Shown: positions 10,924-20,677, counted from the first letter of the whole stretch. The stretch: DNA of 63,473 nucleotides, filler included, from Octopus bimaculoides (GCF_001194135.2; 8 parts of 7 records of this genome joined end to end with filler, not necessarily neighbours in it), one strand, 5' to 3'. The notes: a model not told the origin generated them from the letters alone. Program-made: numbers and translations.

Positions 10924-11022
10924 GCGCATACAAACACACGCATACACACCCACGCACGTTCAATATCTTTTCTGTTTCTCTTGCAGTGGTTCCCTTATAC
11001 TATGAATCCTCGAAGTACATAG
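131..11022 (+). CDS. Classical (PEF-containing) calpain large subunit, 3' part of gene, 13 exons; 5' exons including the catalytic Cys lie upstream of the window
   Basis: join(131-208,468-549,1963-2062,3172-3299,4645-4853,5733-5763,6092-6218,6959-7023,7251-7319,8674-8752,9803-9919,10563-10606,10987-11022). All introns are GT-AG and phases are consistent: 1165 nt = 1 + 388 codons ending in TAG. Calpain motifs: DDGEFWMDFNDF, W..F.EDGQW...TSGG, YWKNPQY, PGSYVIVP...EFILRVFTE, FSLETCR, DFDDSGTVDINE, RYAD.....FDDF...L.RL, W..YTM. Orthology to a specific CAPN number cannot be determined by eye. Confidence 0.95.
468..549 (+). CDS. Calpain exon (82 nt): (W)MDFNDFLKNFSVIEMCHVDPFTITSFE
   Basis: Pyrimidine tract plus ttcacag acceptor, gtcagt donor; matches calpain WMSF.DF...F..LEIC. 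Confidence 0.93.
612..960 (+). mobile_element. Tigger/pogo-like DNA transposon relic, internally deleted
   Basis: TA|CAGGAATACCTCACTTTAAGAGG resembles a Tigger TIR; followed by frameshifted C-terminal-like peptides ETQDPSLE...ACYQDIYRK and TTLDLFVK. Confidence 0.55.
981..1393 (+). mobile_element. tRNA-derived SINE, family A, full composite copy
   Basis: A-box-like GGCTGTGTGGT, B-box-like GGTTCAGTCCC, internal (TA/TG)n and GAGTAAAA tail; homologous copies at 17038, 42396, 52818 and 60472. Confidence 0.85.
1963..2062 (+). CDS. Calpain exon (100 nt), start of CBSW domain: GTEEKTSARKWHTFREDGQWLKKITSGGNDNSK
   Basis: ttgacag acceptor, gtgagg donor; W...G.W....T.GG motif. Confidence 0.9.
2165..2347 (-). 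mobile_element. RTE-clade LINE 3' UTR/tail fragment (family D)
   Basis: Minus strand ends GGAAAACGGACATTAAAAGCTGCTGCTGCTGAGGATGA; homologous to 21644-21915 and to the 3' UTR next to the RTE ORF end at 19161-19230. Confidence 0.65.
2684..2769 (+). ncRNA. Type I hammerhead ribozyme motif with intact core, in a calpain intron on the sense strand
   Basis: Stem I ACCACTC(2684-90)/GAGTGGT(2763-69); core CTGAAGA(2691-97); stem II GTGCCAAA(2699-2706)/TTTGGCAC(2740-47); GAAA(2749-52); palindromic stem III TGTTAACA(2753-60); UH = TA(2761-62). Confidence 0.85.
3172..3299 (+). CDS. Calpain exon (128 nt): DIYWKNPQYLLEIREGEGDVRTVISLMHRLMHQSVSIGVHLYK
   Basis: cctcag acceptor, gtcagt donor; W.NPQY and SLM...IG..LY motifs. 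Confidence 0.93.
3314..3340 (+). repeat. Short telomere-type (CCCTAA)n tract
   Basis: ccctaa ccttaa ccctaa ccctaa ccc. Confidence 0.7.
3437..3625 (-). mobile_element. tRNA-derived SINE, family B, internally deleted
   Basis: Homologous to 11340-11573 and 40648-40860; B-box GAGTTTAAATTCC on the minus strand. Confidence 0.7.
4645..4853 (+). CDS. Calpain exon (209 nt): LNPGYPTPLPEKF...SRETTFGVTLVPGSYVIVPFIEENTSSEFILRVFTETAVKI(R)
   Basis: ggcag acceptor, gtgatt donor; end-of-CBSW motif PG.YVIVP...F.LRVF.E. Confidence 0.93.
5296..5548. mobile_element. Mariner-derived MITE, 253 bp, TA TSD
   Basis: TA|TTGGGTTGGTGCATAATTATTG...CAATAATTATGCACCAGCCCAA|TA with long TIRs; the interior keeps the transposase C-terminus LPSKRETLIEVDGEYAPE on the minus strand. 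Confidence 0.9.
5733..5763 (+). CDS. Calpain linker exon (31 nt): (R)SLDDVETVDP
   Basis: ttgcag acceptor, gtaagg donor; phase 2 to 0 bridges the neighbouring exons. Confidence 0.85.
6092..6218 (+). CDS. Calpain exon (127 nt), EF1: ETVDEIAKIREDLLASIFEKNTPSSKVDARQLRRVLNTVWRI
   Basis: gttacag acceptor, gtaagc donor; EF1-like VDA.QLRRVLN. Confidence 0.9.
6959..7023 (+). CDS. Calpain exon (65 nt): DKQTTPDIFSLETCRCLIERYN
   Basis: ctttccag acceptor; FSLETCR motif; donor is GTATCCTTT. Confidence 0.92.
7024..7250 (+). other. U12-type (minor spliceosome) GT-AG intron, 227 nt
   Basis: 5' splice site GTATCCTTT (7024-7032) is the U12 consensus. Branch-site-like CCTTGAC at 7226-7232 has its A (7231) 19 nt upstream of the final G of the acceptor AG (7249-7250). 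Confidence 0.85.
7251..7319 (+). CDS. Calpain exon (69 nt), EF2: KSRDGLLTLDDTKECWDFVNLCQ
   Basis: ctcaccag acceptor, gtgacc donor; frame continuous. Confidence 0.9.
8203..8457 (+). mobile_element. tRNA-derived SINE, family C, decayed
   Basis: Head TGGACTAGCGATTAG...CACGATCG...GTTTCAATTCC shared with 55840, 59697 and 36255. Confidence 0.55.
8674..8752 (+). CDS. Calpain exon (79 nt), EF3: RHFHACDFDDSGTVDINELLPYYDIS
   Basis: Long T tract plus tttcag acceptor, gtaact donor; canonical EF loop DFDDSGTVDINE. Confidence 0.92.
8872..9272 (-). mobile_element. Mariner (DD34D-type) transposase fragment in a calpain intron
   Basis: FLKTIITGDESWVYGYD and VFFDYKGIVHHESVPPGQTIN...YHDNAPAH; frameshifted and cut by an N gap. 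Confidence 0.92.
9803..9919 (+). CDS. Calpain exon (117 nt), EF4: HGKLNKCVAVNICIRYADQKGRMFFDDFCQSLARLRTLT
   Basis: tttacag acceptor, gtaagt donor; RYAD.....FDDF...L.RL motif. Confidence 0.94.
10563..10606 (+). CDS. Calpain exon (44 nt), shortened EF5: KIYLKHCGDDVTFTS
   Basis: ttctgttccag acceptor, gtaagt donor; phase 1 to 0 fits. Confidence 0.82.
10987..11022 (+). CDS. Calpain terminal exon: WFPYTMNPRST*
   Basis: tctcttgcag acceptor; resembles the calpain C-terminus W.Q.TM; TAG at 11020-11022. Confidence 0.85.
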   Translation, partial: WFPYTMNPRST

Positions 11023-11118
11023 AGGAAATTCCTGGAGCCATGGATCACGTGACAATGTATTTTGGATCACATGACTGCTTTAAGAATTATTGGCCAAAAA
11101 ATTTCTCTCTCACGCCCC

Positions 11119-11169
<51 letters not shown>

Positions 11170-11269
11170 ATATTTTTCAGCAATATAAATGGTTCCTTTT
11201 GAAATTTCTCCGAGAAGAAGCACTTTTGATAACCGAAATGATCTGTATGTTGAGCAAAAAAGTAAGTTA

Positions 11270-11275
11270 AATAAA
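11270..11275 (+). terminator. Candidate polyadenylation signal AATAAA for calpain
   Basis: First AATAAA I found downstream of the stop (~250 nt); AT-rich context, so chance occurrence is possible. Confidence 0.35.
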
Positions 11276-11339
11276 CGATGTTACCGCTGTTCAATCACTT
11301 TTTCCTTGCTAAATTTTGACCTTCACTATGTTTGTATGT

Positions 11340-11573
11340 GTTATTTCTTTACTACCCACAAGGGGCTACATACAGAGGGAACAAGCAAGGACAGACAAAC
11401 GGATTAAGTCGATTATATCGACCCCAGTGCGTAACTGGTACTTATTTAATCCACACCGAAAGGATGAAAAGCAAAATCGACCTCGGTGGAATTTGAACTC
11501 AGAACGTAGCGGCAGACGAAATACCACGAAGCATTTCGCCCAGCGTGCTAACGTTTCCGCCAGCTCGCCGCCT
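11340..11573 (-). mobile_element. tRNA-derived SINE, family B
   Basis: Minus: GGCGGCGAGCTGGCGGAAACGTTAGC...GAGTTCAAATTCC...GAGGTCGATTTTGCTTTTCATCCTTTC; repeated in the window. Confidence 0.85.
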
Positions 11574-11666
11574 ATGTGTGTGTAGATGAAAGTTGTTATG
11601 TATAGATAAGAGTGACTGCTTGGTTAAGAATCGTTTGGTTTCAGTTCAATCTAACTGGTCAGTACC

Positions 11667-11905
11667 TTTCCGGAGCCAGTTGTGGTCAGTATCTTTCTGG
11701 TTTTGATGTGCAGGCTGCGTATCTCATTGAGTGTCCAGTCCAGTATCCCAGATGCTGGTTCTATCACTGGTACCACAAAACCATTGTCAAATATGGTCTT
11801 GCTAAATGCAGATGGCTCTGAATTCCATATCTTCCGCAGTCTACCGAAGTACGCATTTGTTATTCTGCTTTTTGTCACAGCACCGATGTATTCCGAAGTT
11901 CTTGT
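11667..11905 (-). mobile_element. Dong/R4-clade (RLE) LINE fragment, post-RT region
   Basis: YFGRLRKIWNSE...FVVPVIEPASGILDWTLNEIRSLHIKTRKILTTTG matches the R4/Dong pattern W...EL..LD.KTRK.LT..G. Confidence 0.75.
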
Positions 11906-12977
11906 AACATGTATGCATGCATTTATGTATGTATGTATGTACGTATGTATGTGTGTGTGTATGTATGTATGTGTGTTTGTATATATATATATATATGTAT
12001 GTATATGTGTATATATGAAATTAAAAAAAAACAAAAAATGGAACAAGAACGTAACAGGCGACAACAAAACATCAGGACAGTTTGACGATACAAAAAAAGG
12101 AGAGGAAAAAACAAGGAGGGGTCATTTGGAGGTTTCTATCTTCAGTCAAATACCAGATCGTCATTGCAGTTTTGGCTGGTTCCACTCTAGACTGTCTGTT
12201 GTGTAATAACATTAGAATGTCTGTGATGCTGTATTTCCAAGAAACAACTCGTATTTCAAAACTGTACAAATTTATGAATACTTTATAAAGCACAAAATGA
12301 GTTAGAATAAACAACTAGATGTGTCAGCTTTCTAACAAAAAATAAAGATTGTCAAAATATAATAATGGCGCAAAATGGGCAGCTGTCAAAGTTTATCATA
12401 AACCTTACTACAAATTTCAGCAGCAGGCAGAGGGAAGAGAGAGTGGGAGGGAGAGAGAGAGAACAAGGGAAGGGATGAAGGGGGAAAGAAGAAAGGCTAG
12501 AAATAGAAGAGAGCGAAGGAGAAAGAGTGAAAGCTAGAAAGAGAGTAGCACAGATATATAAAACTTACAGTGAATAAAAATTGGGGTGCATTGTGTTGCA
12601 TTACACGCACGCACGCACGTACGTACGTACGTACGTACGTATGTATGTATCCGTTCATTCGTTTCAGTGCTCCATGTATCTAAAAAATATACGGAATACA
12701 GTCAGGGAAGCATCCTAACAAACAAGCAATGTAAGGGAAGTAACCACATCTAATTACAAAGGTAGATAGCAGACCAACATGCCACAGTTACCTCCCTGGA
12801 AAATTATGCCATCTACGTAGAGAAAGAAAATTAATGTAGCAATTACATCAACAGCTGAACGAGAGACCCTCAGGCAGTAACTGGATCCGCTAGAAATGGC
12901 AGCAAAATAAGCCTTAAGTCGTATATATATATACACACACACACATATACAGATATAGATATATATATATATATATA

Positions 12978-13376
12978 TAGTAGTTATCGCCAAGCCAACA
13001 TGGCAGTCCCAAAATTAGGACGAAAGCTGCCGTGAATTAGCTCCAAGAAGCCATCGCCTCTAGCTAGCTATGTGACACACGAAACCTGTGTCCTTTATAA
13101 CCTTCGAACAGGGGAGGTCAGCAGTGTCCCCCTGCTGGTTTGGCATCTGCAGACTAGACTAGTTTCAGGGTGTTGCCCCTTGTCAATGCAGAGCAGCCAA
13201 GCCCCAGCCAGGCGGCGCTGCCGACCATCTGTTCGAAGGTTATTTATCTAATTTCAGTGGAATCTATCCACTGGTTTTCAGAAATAGAGTTATTAATATT
13301 TCTAAGTCTCTCTAAAGGAGACTACGGCAGCGGTACTGGAAGTTAGTAGTTATCGCCAAGCCAACATGGCAGTCCC
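12978..13376. repeat. Unclassified GC-richer unit bounded by a 33-bp direct repeat (period 366), with an internal 15-bp inverted repeat
   Basis: TAGTAGTTATCGCCAAGCCAACATGGCAGTCCC at 12978-13010 and 13344-13376; ATAACCTTCGAACAG(13097-13111)/CTGTTCGAAGGTTAT(13229-13243). Confidence 0.75.
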
Positions 13377-13769
13377 NNNNNNNNNNNNNNNNNNNNNNNN
13401 NNNNNNNNNNNNNNNNNNNNNNNNNNNNNNNNNNNNNNNNNNNNNNNNNNNNNNNNNNNNNNNNNNNNNNNNNNNNNNNNNNNNNNNNNNNNNNNNNNNN
13501 NNNNNNNNNNNNNNNNNNNNNNNNNNNNNNNNNNNNNNNNNNNNNNNNNNNNNNNNNNNNNNNNNNNNNNNNNNNNNTATATATATATATATGAAGTTGT
13601 TTTACACCTCTTACACTAATTGTTTTTCGTTTTTGAGTTCGGGTCAAATATAGTTTAGAAGCCATGGACTGACGAAGTGTGACGATGTGAATGTTCCGTG
13701 TTCTCTCCCCATCCTCCGTTCGCGAGCGGGCATATTTTTCTTTACATATTCGTTCCCCGAAAGTTGTTC

Positions 13770-16700
13770 TTACGTTCGTTCGTACGAACATACGTTCTTT
13801 CGGTATTTCCTGCCTACGTAATACGTACGTTCGTTCGTACGTACGAGCGTTCATTCGTGCGTTTGACCGTTCGGTCGTACGTACGTACGTTCGTTTGATC
13901 GTTCGTTCGTACGTACGTACGTACGTTCGTTTGATCGTTCGTTCGTTCGTGCGTACGTTTATTCGTTCAATCGTTCGTTCTTACGTACGTTCTTTTGTTC
14001 GTTCGTTCGTACGTACATACGTTCGTTCATTCGTTCGTTTGATCTATCGTTCGTTCTTTCGTTCGTTCGATCTTTCGTTCGTTCATTCGTTCGTTCCTTC
14101 GTTCATTCGTTCGTTCCTTCGTTATTTCCTCCGTTCGTTCGTTCGTTCATTCATTCGTTCGTGCGTACGTACGTTCGATTGATCGTTCGTACGTACGTTC
14201 GATTGATCGTTCGTTCGATCGTACGTACGTACATACTTACGTGCGTTCGAACGATCGTTTGTTCGTTCGTTCCTTCGTACGTACTTTCGTTCGGTCGTAT
14301 GTACGTATGTTCATTCGTTTCTTCGTTCGTTCGGTAGTTCGTTCGTACATACGTTTGTTCGTTTGTTCGTTCGTTCAGTCGTACGTTCGTTCGTTCGTTC
14401 ATTCGTACGTACATACGTTCTTTCCTTATTTCCTGCCAATGTAATACGTACGCACGTACGTCTGTTCGTTCGTCCGTTCGATCTTTCGTTCATACGTACG
14501 TTCGTTCATTCGTTCGTTCGTAGTTACGTACGTACATACGTTCGTTTGTTCGTTCGTTCGTTCGTACATACGTACGTACGTTCGTTCGTTCTTTAGTGCG
14601 TTTGTTAGTACGTACGTACATGCGTTCGTTCTATCCTTCATTTCGATCGTTATTTCCTTCATTCATACGTATGTTCGTACGTACGTACGTACATACGTTC
14701 GTTCGTTCGTTCGACTTTTCGTTCGTTCATTCGTACGTACGTACGTACGTTCTTTCATTCGTTCATACGTACATTCGTTCGTACGTACGATCGTTTGTTC
14801 GTTCCTTCCTTCCTACGTACGTTCGTTCGGTCGTATGTACGTACGTTCATTCGTTTCTTCGTTCGTTCGGTCGTTCGTACGTACGTACGTTCGGTCGTTC
14901 GTTCGTACGTACGTTCGGTCGTTCGTTCGTACGTACGTTCGCTCGTTCGTACGTAAGTACGTACCTACGTTTGTTCGTTCGGTCGTACGTTTGTTCGTTC
15001 GGTCGTACGTTTGTTCGTTCGGTCGTACGTTCGTTCGTTCGTTCATTNNNNNNNNNNNNNNNNNNNNNNNNNNNNNNNNNNNNNNNNNNNNNNNNNNNNN
15101 NNNNNNNNNNNNNNNNNNNNNNNNNNNNNNNNNNNNNNNNNNNNNNNNNNNNNNNNNNNNNNNNNNNNNNNNNNNNNNNNNNNNNNNNNNNNNNNNNNNN
15201 NNNNNNNNNNNNNNNNNNNNNNNNNNNNNNNNNNNNNNNNNNNNNNNNNNNNNNNNNNNNNNNNNNNNNNNNNNNNNNNNNNNNNNNNNNNNNNNNNNNN
15301 NNNNNNNNNNNNNNNNNNNNNNNNNNNNNNNNNNNNNNNNNNNNNNNNNNNNNNNNNNNNNNNNNNNNNNNNNNNNNNNNNNNNNNNNNNNNNNNNNNNN
15401 NNNNNNNNNNNNNNNNNNNNNNNNNNNNNNNNNNNNNNNNNNNNNNNNNNNNNNNNNNNNNNNNNNNNNNNNNNNNNNNNNNNNNNNNNNNNNNNNNNNN
15501 NNNNNNNNNNNNNNNNNNNNNNNNNNNNNNNNNNNNNNNNNNNNNNNNNNNNNNNNNNNNNNNNNNNNNNNNNNNNNNNNNNNNNNNNNNNNNNNNNNNN
15601 NNNNNNNNNNNNNNNNNNNNNNNNNNNNNNNNNNNNNNNNNNNNNNNNNNNNNNNNNNNNNNNNNNNNNNNNNNNNNNNNNNNNNNNNNNNNNNNNNNNN
15701 NNNNNNNNNNNNNNNNNNNNNNNNNNNNNNNNNNNNNNNNNNNNNNNNNNNNNNNNNNNNNNNNNNNNNNNNNNNNNNNNNNNNNNNNNNNNNNNNNNNN
15801 NNNNNNNNNNNNNNNNNNNNNNNNNNNNNNNNNNNNNNNNNNNNNNNNNNNNNNNNNNNNNNNNNNNNNNNNNNNNNNNNNNNNNNNNNNNNNNNNNNNN
15901 NNNNNNNNNNNNNNNNNNNNNNNNNNNNNNNNNNNNNNNNNNNNNNNNNNNNNNNNNNNNNNNNNNNNNNNNNNNNNNNNNNNNNNNNNNNNNNNNNNNN
16001 NNNNNNNNNNNNNNNNNNNNNNNNNNNNNNNNNNNNNNNNNNNNGTTCGTACGTGCGTACGTTCGTTCGTACATAGGTCCGTTCGTTCGATCGTCCGTTC
16101 GATCGTTCGGTCGTTCGTTTGTTCTTACGTATATTCGTTCGTTCCTTCCTACGTACGTACGTACGTACGAACGAACATTCGTTCGTACGTTCGGTACTTC
16201 GTTCGTTTCTTCGTTCTTTCATTCGAGCGTATGTACGTTTATTCGTACTTTCGGACGTACGTACGTAGGTACGTTCGTTCATTCGTTTGTTCGTTCGTTT
16301 GTACGTACATACGTTCGTTCGTTCGTTCGTTCGTTCTTACGTACGTACTTTCGTTTGTTCGTACGTACATACGTTCGTTCAATATTTCGTGCCAAATTAC
16401 ATACGTGCGTTCGTACTTTCGTACGTACGTACGTTCTTTCATTCGTTCATACGTACATTCGTTCGTACGNNNNNNNNNNTATTTCCTGCCAACGTAATAT
16501 GTACGTACGTACGTCTGTTCGTTCGTTCGTTCGATCTTTCGCACGTACGTACGTTTGTTCGGTCGTACCTACGTACGTACGTTCGTTCGGTCGTAGGTAC
16601 GTACGTACGTACATACGTTCGTTCGTTCGTTCGTACGTACGTACGTTCGTTCGTTCTTTCGTACGTACGTTCGTTCGATCGTTCGTTCGATCTTTCGTTT

Positions 16701-16937
16701 GTTCTATCCTTCTTTCGTTCGTTCGTTCGTTCTTTTGTTCGATCGTACGTACATACGTACGTTCGTTCATTCTTGCGTTCTTTCGTTCGTTCGTACGTAC
16801 GTACGTTCGTTTGATCGTTCGTTCGTACGTACTTACGTACGTTAGTTCGTTCGTTCGCACATACGTACGTTCGTTCGCTCATTCGTTTGTTCGTACTTAC
16901 GGATGTATGTACGTATCTTCGTTTGTTCGTTCGTACG
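13770..16937. repeat. Complex CpG-rich tetranucleotide satellite (TTCG/TACG/ATCG)n, gapped
   Basis: Visible 4-bp period; recurring higher-order marker ATTTCCTGCCAA.GTAATA near 13806, 14428 and 16481; N gaps at 15048-16044 and 16470-16480. Confidence 0.95.
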
Positions 16938-17037
16938 NNNNNNNNNNNNNNNNNNNNNNNNNNNNNNNNNNNNNNNNNNNNTTAATTAATTAANNNNNNN
17001 NNNNNNNNNNNNNNNNNNNNNNNNNNNNNNNNNNNNN

Positions 17038-17302
17038 AAACTGAAAAGAAGCCCGTCGTATATATGTATATATATATATATATGTATGTATGTTTGTGTC
17101 TGCGTTTGTCCCCCCCAACATCGCTTGACAACCGATGCTGGTGTGTTTACGTCCTTGTAACTTAGCGGTTCGGCAAAAGAGATCAATAGAATAAGTACTA
17201 GGCTTCCAAAGAATAAGTCCTGGGGTTGATTTGCTTGACTAAAGGTGGTGCTCCAGCATGGCTGCAGTCAAATGACTGAAACAAGTAAAAGAGTAAAAGA
17301 GT
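17038..17302 (+). mobile_element. SINE family A, 3' half
   Basis: Near-identical to ~1124-1393. Confidence 0.85.
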
Positions 17303-17304
17303 AT

Positions 17305-17490
17305 AGGTCTTGGCCCGAAAGTCGTCTTGAACAGGCGGGTCAGGTATTCCTCGTCGACACCCAGGTTCGCCCCGAGATCGTCGTCGTATCTCCCCTCCAC
17401 TAATCCCCGATAGAATGCTTGTGTTGTTTTGCAGTCGCTCAAGGTCGACCCGGAGCAGCATAGTTGCTCAAAATGCTTATACAACACAAG
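17305..17490 (-). mobile_element. Tx1/L1-clade ORF2 C-terminal fragment
   Basis: EQLCCSGSTLSDCKTTQAFYRGLVEGRYDDDLGANLGVDEEYLTRLFKTTFGP; appears to be the region following ...WHLE in the element at 43462. Confidence 0.6.
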
Positions 17491-17599
17491 TGCCGCTCTC
17501 TGAGTCTCTAGGATTAGTACCTACTGACAGACTGAAGAGAGATGGCCAGCAGGTTTTGCATCAGAGTGACTCTCTCTTGGAAGGGTCCCTCACTCCCAT

Positions 17600-17830
17600 T
17601 GGTTTTGTGTGCCTGCTTAAAGGAGAATCTGGATAAACTGGGATTTTCAGAAAGAGAAAGTGACCGGCTGATTCGTACATTACAAGTGCAATCTGTGAGT
17701 GGAACAGTAAAAATATGCAAGACTTTTCTCAAGCTCCAAATGTGAATTTGTCTGTGTTAATTACATCCTAAAGATGGAGCCTTGTATCTTTGTTGGAAAC
17801 CGGCTTCTTCCTCAGAGGAAGATTTAAAAT
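17600..17830 (+). mobile_element. Dong/R4-clade LINE 3' end
   Basis: LKENLDKLGFSERESDRLIRTLQVQSVSGTVKICKTFLKLQM* (stop 17743-17745) plus a short 3' UTR. Confidence 0.7.
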
Positions 17831-17996
17831 AATTTTTAAAAAATAGAAGAGACATGTACATACATACATGCATACATGTACACATACACATACACACAGC
17901 TATATACATATGCATACCCATATATACATATGTGTATTTGTATGTGTATATATACATGTGTGTGTATACGTGTATATATGTATGTATGTGTGTGTG

Positions 17997-18086
<90 letters not shown>

Positions 18087-18249
18087 TATATAACTACTTA
18101 CATATATACATGCAATCATGCATACACACATATTTACATACAGACATGCATACATGAACATACGCACACATACATGCATACATACATACGTACATACACA
18201 CATACATGCATGCATACATAAATACATGCATATACATTTATATGTATAT

Positions 18250-18290
<41 letters not shown>

Positions 18291-19160
18291 NNNNNNNNNN
18301 NNNNNNNNNNNNNNNNNNNNNNNNNNNNNNNNNNNNNNNNNNNNNNNNNNNNNNNNNNNNNNNNNNNNNNNNNNNNNNNNNNNNNNNNNNNNNNNNNNNN
18401 NNNNNNNNNNNNNNNNNNNNNNNNNNNNNNNNNNNNNNNNNNNNNNNNNNNNNNNNNNNNNNNNNNNNNNNNNNNNNNNNNNNNNNNNNNNNNNNNNNNN
18501 NNNNNNNNNNNNNNNNNNNNNNNNNNNNNNNNNNNNNNNNNNNNNNNNNNNNNNNNNNNNNNNNNNNNNNNNNNNNNNNNNNNNNNNNNNNNNNNNNNNN
18601 NNNNNNNNNNNNNNNNNNNNNNNNNNNNNNNNNNNNNNNNNNNNNNNNNNNNNNNNNNNNNNNNNNNNNNNNNNNNNNNNNNNNNNNNNNNNNNNNNNNN
18701 NNNNNNNNNNNNNNNNNNNNNNNNNNNNNNNNNNNNNNNNNNNNNNNNNNNNNNNNNNNNNNNNNNNNNNNNNNNNNNNNNNNNNNNNNNNNNNNNNNNN
18801 NNNNNNNNNNNNNNNNNNNNNNNNNNNNNNNNNNNNNNNNNNNNNNNNNNNNNNNNNNNNNNNNNNNNNNNNNNNNNNNNNNNNNNNNNNNNNNNNNNNN
18901 NNNNNNNNNNNNNNNNNNNNNNNNNNNNNNNNNNNNNNNNNNNNNNNNNNNNNNNNNNNNNNNNNNNNNNNNNNNNNNNNNNNNNNNNNNNNNNNNNNNN
19001 NNNNNNNNNNNNNNNNNNNNNNNNNNNNNNNNNNNNNNNNNNNNNNNNNNNNNNNNNNNNNNNNNNNNNNNNNNNNNNNNNNNNNNNNNNNNNNNNNNNN
19101 NNNNNNNNNNNNNNNNNNNNNNNNNNNNNNNNNNNNNNNNNNNNNNNNNNNNNNNNNNNN

Positions 19161-19435
19161 NCCACGCTCAAAATGGTGCATCTCATGTGCCACCCGCACA
19201 AGAACCAGTCCAGGGGCACTGGCAACGATCTTACTTGGCTTGCCGGGTCTTCTCACGCACAGCACATTTCCAAAGGTCTCGGTCCGTAGTCATCGCCTCG
19301 GTGAGGCCCAATGTACGAAGGTCTTGCCTCACCACCTCAGCCCAGGTCTTCCTGGGCCTACCTCTTCCACGGGTTCCCTCAACTGTTAGGGTGTGGCACT
19401 TTTTCACGCAGCTATCCTCCTCCATTCTCACCACA
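19161..19435 (-). mobile_element. RTE-clade LINE 3' end (ORF C-terminus plus 3' UTR)
   Basis: VRMEEDSCVKKCHTLTVEGTRGRGRPRKTWAEVVRQDL...DRDLWK*, the RTE-type GRGRP.KTW terminus. Confidence 0.85.
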
Positions 19436-20372
19436 TATATATATATGCATTTTCATCTCTTGTTCATATCAATATTTTCCCTACTGCCTTTTGCCATTTT
19501 TCTCCATCATATCATCGTACAAACTAGAATTATTTCCATATAATGCTTACTCATAAAGCACAACCCACACAGGCAAAAAATAAACCACCGATAAACAGAG
19601 TTATAACATGAACCAAAAACAAAAGAAAGATATCACAAGAAATAATATCAAATATGAATAATAGTAATTTAGTTGATATCCTCATGTTCATTATTACCAC
19701 AAGACACCGCTGCCGTGCCGCCACCACCACCACCACCAGCACCAGCACCAGCACCAGCACCAGCATCACCAGCACCACCACCACCACCACCACCATCACC
19801 TTTGCTACATCATTTTTATTGCCAACCTACTTTACAAGAGTAACAATCATCATCATCATCATCACCATCATCACCATCATAAGCATCCTCCTCCTCCTCC
19901 TTCTTATCNNNNNNNNNNNNNNNNNNNNNNNNNNNNNNNNNNNNNNNNNNNNNNNNNNNNNNNNNNNNNNNNNNNNNNNNNNNNNNNNNNNNNNNNNNNN
20001 NNNNNNNNNNNNNNNNNNNNNNNNNNNNNNNNNNNNNNNNNNNNNNNNNNNNNNNNNNNNNNNNNNNNNNNNNNNNNNNNNNNNNNNNNNNNNNNNNNNN
20101 NNNNNNNNNNNNNNNNNNNNNNNNNNNNNNNNNNNNNNNNNNNNNNNNNNNNNNNNNNNNNNNNNNNNNNNNNNNNNNNNNNNNNNNNNNNNNNNNNNNN
20201 NNNNNNNNNNNNNNNNNNNNNNNNNNNNNNNNNNNNNNNNNNNNNNNNNNNNNNNNNNNNNNNNNNNNNNNNNNNNNNNNNNNNNNNNTATATATGTATA
20301 TATATGTATACATATATAAATGCATGTGTGTTTGTGTGTGTATATATATATATATTATGTCATCATCACCGC

Positions 20373-20417
<45 letters not shown>

Positions 20418-20677
20418 TATCATCATCCTATAATACTTGTTTTCTCTGCTGGCATGATATATATTATTTTATCTGACAGGCACTGCCTGGTGTTTTAAGC
20501 TTGTTAATGTATTATACTCGAAGTATATATGCTAAATAACAGATTAAGCATTTAAATGCATCGAATGAGAGGATTTTGTTTCTAGAAATAAATATTTAAA
20601 ACACGATGGTGTTTGTTTACTTTTGTGAAATATAATGTAACTGCTAATTTACAGGGGGATGTAAACAAACTAACACT

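Noticed and set aside
13111-13145. GGGGA/TCCCC and CAGCAG/CTGCTG resembling an HDV/CPEB3-like pseudoknot
   Set aside because: No room for P3, L3, P4 or the catalytic C.
16982-16993. TTAATTAATTAA between N runs, recurring near 22525, 36521, 41002, 47505, 54817 and 58873
   Set aside because: Identical 12-mer always flanked by N blocks; an assembly spacer, not biology.
14596-16993. Long ORFs of 400-660 aa in the ORF track (also ~17757-19543 and 56859-57766)
   Set aside because: Created by stop-free microsatellites and N gaps.
19551-19720. Hydrophobic minus-strand ORF with a nearby GTAAGC donor
   Set aside because: Hydrophobicity explained by T-richness; no recognisable domain or partner exons.
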